The notes under the pieces were generated by a model. It saw only the letters and a program-made list of their open reading frames with translations, was not told where the DNA came from and ran no database searches. Shown here piece by piece: positions 17,732-21,520 of a DNA stretch of 21,520 nucleotides. Position numbers and translations under genes: made by a program. This stretch comes from an uncultured archaeon. GTDB lineage: Archaea > Asgardarchaeota > Heimdallarchaeia > Heimdallarchaeales > Heimdallarchaeaceae. The DNA is taken from the NCBI GenBank assembly GCA_964549075.1, contig CAZJUB010000042.1, positions 1 through 21,520 on the forward strand. Direction: 5' to 3'. Every line of letters starts with the position of its first letter. Position 1 is the first letter of the stretch.

Positions 17732-18496
17732 TTATTCCAATTCTACATATTTCAAACCATTGAAATTTGACCACTTCTTTACTTTTAGAAAATTAGGGAA
17801 TATATCTAGATTAGAGCAAAAGATAACATCTTGTTTATATCCTATTTTTTCTAAATGTTGACCTGCTGTGGAATTACTGAGTAGGGTGTGAATGTTCATA
17901 GTATTATCTAAAATTTTCTTGGTTTTTTCCCAGAATTGGTCTTCTGTATGTATTTGATAAGATACTGTCTTGTTAATCTTCTCAACCAAATATACAGCTG
18001 TTATCCAATCCTCAATTGCATAGAGATTTGGATTATTAAACACCCCTGCTGGAATAATAACAATTTTCGACTTATTTTTTTTAGATATATTAATTATAAT
18101 ATCCGCAATTTTAGAGAGATTTACAAGTGCGGCGAGATACACATGATACATGGATTCTAAGAGCAACATTGTTTTTGATCCATTGCTTGAAGTAAAAACT
18201 ACTTGTTCTGATGAAAGATGATTCTCAGCTAAGAGAGCTGTTGGTGAATTTCCATAGTCAAACCCCTCAATCTTGATACCATGTTCTTCACCAATCAATA
18301 AGGAACTTGGAAAAAAGTTCTTTTGTAACTGTCTAGCATCTTCCTTATTTTTAACTACATAGATTTTTTTTACACCTAAATTCTTTAACGTAGATAATGT
18401 TGTAGTTGCCCTAAAGGTATCTATAATTACAAAAATTGTTGTAGGATCATAATCTATTTTCTTAAGGAAAGAAGGTCTTAGTACAGAAATCTTCAT
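17732..18496 (-). CDS. comB: 2-phosphosulfolactate phosphatase family protein
   Basis: VIIDTFRATTT, GEEHGIKIEGFDYGNSP, SSNG, ED, GY..DV.FC. ATG 18496 preferred over TTG 18517. Confidence 0.88.
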   Translation of the reverse strand: MKISVLRPSFLKKIDYDPTTIFVIIDTFRATTTLSTLKNLGVKKIYVVKNKEDARQLQKNFFPSSLLIGEEHGIKIEGFDYGNSPTALLAENHLSSEQVVFTSSNGSKTMLLLESMYHVYLAALVNLSKIADIIINISKKNKSKIVIIPAGVFNNPNLYAIEDWITAVYLVEKINKTVSYQIHTEDQFWEKTKKILDNTMNIHTLLSNSTAGQHLEKIGYKQDVIFCSNLDIFPNFLKVKKWSNFNGLKYVELE

Positions 18497-18579
18497 CCAG
18501 TTCTCTTTCCATTTCAAATATTTAACTCTAAGGGAAAAATTTACAAGAGAACAGATATAAAAGATAATTAATCTCTAAA

Positions 18580-18656
18580 GGCCGGGTAGTCCAGCTTGGT
18601 AAGATTTTTGCTTCGGGAGTAAAAGATCCTGGGTTCAAATCCCAGCTCGGCCACCA
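18580..18656 (+). tRNA. tRNA-Pro (anticodon CGG), intronless, CCA encoded
   Basis: Acceptor GGCCGGG/CTCGGCC, D arm GTCC-AGCTTGGTA-AGAT, anticodon arm TTTGC-TTCGGGA-GTAAA, T arm CTGGG-TTCAAAT-CCCAG, discriminator A, CCA. Confidence 0.95.
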
Positions 18657-18672
18657 AAAATATCTTGCATAT

Positions 18673-19176
18673 CTAGGTGATGATTTTGTATTTACCACGA
18701 ACATAGGTGAGTAAGTTTGGATATTCTTCATTCTTCCATTTCTCATCAAGATGTAAAGCAACCACTTCACCAATGAATAAATCGTGAGAACCCAATTCAA
18801 CTATCTGGTGTAACTTACATTCCATATTTACAGGGCATTCTTCTATATATGGTGTCTTTATTTTAACACTTCTCCCTTTTGTAAAATCACATTCTTTCCA
18901 TTTATCGTAATCTTTACCGGATTTTGTTCCACAGAATTCAACGGATTCTTTTAAATCTGAGGTAGGGATATTAACAACGAATTCCTTTGAGTTAGAAATT
19001 AGATTATAAGAAAATCTTTCTTTTCGTACTGCTATGGCTATATAAGGAGGATTTGAGCAACAAGTTCCTCCCCAAGCTAAAGTTATTATGGACTCTTTTC
19101 CTTCATGAAAAGCTGATACAAGCATCACAGGATTAGGATAGAGAGCTGAAGATGGTCTTTCTTGTAATTTTTCCAT
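18673..19176 (-). CDS. Flavin reductase-like FMN-binding split-barrel protein
   Basis: LYPNPVMLVS, ITLAW, R.SY..I, EFVVNIP, CGTKSG, PYIEECPVNMECK, GSHDLFIGEV. ATG 19176 preferred over GTG 19197. Confidence 0.92.
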   Translation of the reverse strand: MEKLQERPSSALYPNPVMLVSAFHEGKESIITLAWGGTCCSNPPYIAIAVRKERFSYNLISNSKEFVVNIPTSDLKESVEFCGTKSGKDYDKWKECDFTKGRSVKIKTPYIEECPVNMECKLHQIVELGSHDLFIGEVVALHLDEKWKNEEYPNLLTYVRGKYKIIT

Positions 19177-19223
19177 ATTAATCGTATTAGTAAACACGTT
19201 TTTGATGATAAATTTTTCCAGTA

Positions 19224-19772
19224 CTACGCTTCACCTAATTTTTCAGTTGATTTCATCAAAGCGCCTATATTTGAAGGGGTGAAAAAACCATCAAAATCTC
19301 CAAAACGTTGGATATATTCGACTATATGATTAGCTGTTTCTGTTGGTAAAGTAAAAATTTGTTTGATACCTTCCTCTTCACTACCGATAATATGCTCTGT
19401 TGTAAATTTGATTCCTCTACTTTTTTGAATTGCAACAATTTTCTCTATATCTTTAACTAGGTAGGCTATGTGATGAATTCTTCCCCCGTACTTCTGAACA
19501 TACTTCTCAACAATAGAATCTTCAGTTAAACCTTCACTAACCACAATAACTGGTAATGTTTCATGAAGTTTTAATGTGCTAGTAATTGCGTTCATAGTTA
19601 AAACTTTGAAAGTTTTATAATCTTTGTAAGGTACTAGATTAGCAAGTTCAGCCATTGCTTTTTCTCTTTCTCCCTTCTTAACTCTATAAGCTACGTGATC
19701 TAATTTAATTATTAAATCTTTCAAACCTGCTTCTTCCATCTCATTGTAAAGTTCTGATACATTTTTTAACAT
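19224..19772 (-). CDS. VOC/glyoxalase-superfamily metalloprotein resembling the C-terminal domain of 4-hydroxyphenylpyruvate dioxygenase
   Basis: LDHVAY, YGGRIHHIAY, IKQIFT, VEYIQR, GFF...NI.ALM. Confidence 0.8.
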   Translation of the reverse strand: MLKNVSELYNEMEEAGLKDLIIKLDHVAYRVKKGEREKAMAELANLVPYKDYKTFKVLTMNAITSTLKLHETLPVIVVSEGLTEDSIVEKYVQKYGGRIHHIAYLVKDIEKIVAIQKSRGIKFTTEHIIGSEEEGIKQIFTLPTETANHIVEYIQRFGDFDGFFTPSNIGALMKSTEKLGEA

Positions 19773-19885
19773 GTAATTTCTTCCTCTAACAGAGAAGAAT
19801 CTTAAGTTATATTTGAAAGTTTATTTTTTAGAAAATTTAATGAGAAGATATTTTATTTAGCGCAATTATATTTATTTGAGAGCGA

Positions 19886-20566
19886 ATGGATAGTAAGGAA
19901 ATTCTGTCAACATTTGAATCGATACAAAACTTGGATAATATTTCAGGAATGGAAAAATATGGCATTACACCAGAAAAAACCTTTGGAATAAAGATACCTG
20001 TTTTAAGAAAAATGGCTAAGGAAATAGGAGTAAATCACACTTTAGCATTGGATTTATGGAAACTTGGTTATAGGGAAACAAGGATATTAGCAAGCATGAT
20101 TGATAATCCCAACGAAGTCACAGAAAAACAGATGGAAGATTGGGTAAAGGAGTTTGACTACTGGGAAATATGTGATCAAACGGTTATGAATTTGTTTGAA
20201 AAGAAAAATCAAGCACACGAAAAAGCGATAGAATGGAGTTTCAGAGAAAATGAATTTGTTAAGAGGGCAGGTTATGTTATGATGGCAAGACTTGCTGTAA
20301 GTGATAAAAAAGCTCACGATGAGCAATTTCAAAAATTCTTTCCTCACATTCTTAGAGGTGCTATTGATAATAGAAATTTCGTAAAGAAAGCTGTGAATTG
20401 GGCAGTAAGGCAAATTGGAAAAAGAAATTCAACATTAAACAAATTAGCAATTGAACTCTCTAAAGAAATTCTTACATTAGAATCAAAATCCGCTAAATGG
20501 ATAGCTAATGATGCTTTAAAGGAATTAACAAGTGATTCTGTGCAAAAGCGACTTAATAAGAGATAG
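19886..20566 (+). CDS. DNA alkylation repair protein, AlkD-like HEAT-repeat glycosylase
   Basis: FGIKIPVLRKMAKE, LW...RETRILA, FDYWEICD, EFVKRAG, DNRNFVKKAVNWAVRQIGKRN. Confidence 0.92.
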   Translation: MDSKEILSTFESIQNLDNISGMEKYGITPEKTFGIKIPVLRKMAKEIGVNHTLALDLWKLGYRETRILASMIDNPNEVTEKQMEDWVKEFDYWEICDQTVMNLFEKKNQAHEKAIEWSFRENEFVKRAGYVMMARLAVSDKKAHDEQFQKFFPHILRGAIDNRNFVKKAVNWAVRQIGKRNSTLNKLAIELSKEILTLESKSAKWIANDALKELTSDSVQKRLNKR

Positions 20567-20584
20567 CATTAGAAACATAGAAGA

Positions 20585-21199
20585 CTATTTTTCACCTTTC
20601 ATTATCTTTTTAGTTTGTTCTCTTATATCTTTCATTTCACTGATTTTGTCCTTTAAGACTTCTTTTAGCTGTTCATTATCAAATGCTTCTAATCTTCCAC
20701 CACAATGTTCGCACTCAAAATTATTATCCATAGCTTCTTGAAAAGTTACTCTTGGGCATTCTGGATTATTACATGTAAAGAACATATTTGATTCTTCATA
20801 ATCCAATCTTTCTTTGAGCTTGGACATTACTTCTTGCTGTTTTTTTTCAACAAAAAGATCTATTCTTTCGGGATGTAATGTCCAGAAATATACAAACCAA
20901 CCTGTTGATTTATCTCTGATTCTTCTGAAAGTAGCTAATTGTAAATCATATAATTTGTAGAGGGATTTTCGAACTTGATTTAATCGCATGTCCAGTTTTT
21001 CAGAAATTTCTTCATCGGTAGTTTCTTTATCAGCATTCAAAAGAACAAGTGTTACTTGTTTTACTTCCTCTCCCGCTATATCGTCAACAACTTCAATGAG
21101 AGTTTGTCTTTGTCTTTCGGAGATATTAATTTTTGATGCTAGCTTAGTAGCACCAATATCTCCTTCATCATCAAAATCACCTATTGCTTCCCTAGACAT
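20585..21199 (-). CDS. tfe: Transcription factor E alpha subunit
   Basis: Winged helix TDEEISEKL...LNQVRKSLYKLY, RDKSTGWFVYFW; LKERLDYE; zinc ribbon C...F.EAM..NFECEHCG. TTG 21205 is in frame. Confidence 0.95.
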   Translation of the reverse strand: MSREAIGDFDDEGDIGATKLASKINISERQRQTLIEVVDDIAGEEVKQVTLVLLNADKETTDEEISEKLDMRLNQVRKSLYKLYDLQLATFRRIRDKSTGWFVYFWTLHPERIDLFVEKKQQEVMSKLKERLDYEESNMFFTCNNPECPRVTFQEAMDNNFECEHCGGRLEAFDNEQLKEVLKDKISEMKDIREQTKKIMKGEK

Positions 21200-21372
21200 A
21201 ACCAAACTCTCACGTGCAGAATATTGATAGCAATTACAGAAATATTATGTATTTAAACCTTCTTTAACTTTATCTTACGTGGTATATTTCTCTCTCCTAT
21301 AATCATTTATGAGAGAATTACCTCTATGGAGGATTAATAAAATAAATAAAGCTAAAGAAGAATCTTTCTAAA

Positions 21373-21520
21373 ATGAGTTTAATAAAACAAAAAACAGACC
21401 AAGCTGTAGATATTCTCAAGGAATTAAATATTGATATGTGGCTAACATATGTCAGAAAAACTTCAGAAATTCATGATCCTGCACTATACTTCTTGTTAGA
21501 GGACCCCTGGCTTACATGGC
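21373..21520 (+). CDS. Probable M24 (Xaa-Pro aminopeptidase) family protein, N-terminal fragment running off the window
   Basis: Manual translation MSLIKQKTDQAVDILKELNIDMWLTYVRKTSEIHDPALYFLLEDPWLTW, open to the window end. Resembles the N-terminus of an M24 peptidase subfamily; the catalytic domain is not visible. Confidence 0.6.
   Translation, partial: MSLIKQKTDQAVDILKELNIDMWLTYVRKTSEIHDPALYFLLEDPWLTW

Noticed and set aside
18528-18800. 90-aa minus-strand ORF
   Set aside because: Overlaps the tRNA antisense and the flavin reductase gene out of frame; spurious.
1364-21227. Other short nested or antisense ORFs in the track (e.g. 1364-1666, 12277-12576, 12894-13172, 16272-16637, 20087-20413, 20988-21227)
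   Set aside because: All overlap well-supported conserved genes and show no recognisable motifs.
18640-21520. Integrated element with att duplication of the tRNA 3' end
   Set aside because: No second copy of the tRNA 3' sequence and no recombinase or transposase seen by eye.

Overview
AT-rich archaeal chromosomal window, mostly informational and housekeeping genes. Gene content and the eukaryote-like small proteins suggest Asgard archaea, possibly Heimdallarchaeia; this is inference, as no marker tree was run. It contains TrmJ (5'-truncated), a METTL5-like methyltransferase, nop10 (missed by the ORF track), aIF2-alpha, DUF99, a csl4-DUF2067-rpoL-RNase III-like unit, RpiA, PINA ATPase, a tRNA splicing endonuclease-like subunit, Taw2/Tyw2, a PUA protein, NAC, a phosphohexomutase, ComB, tRNA-Pro(CGG), a flavin reductase, an HPPD-like VOC protein, AlkD, TFE and the start of an M24 peptidase. 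A/V-type ATP synthase genes are scattered in three pieces (D; G/H+F; A+B). Two candidates stand out. The first is a membrane-anchored, coiled-coil, polyproline, polybasic protein with a C-terminal amphipathic helix ending in LKK, resembling eukaryotic actin regulators (5802-6782). The second is a 90-aa two-TM protein that resembles eukaryotic DPM2 (11831-12103). No CRISPR, transposase or integrase was seen. All family calls come from motif recognition by eye, not database searches.
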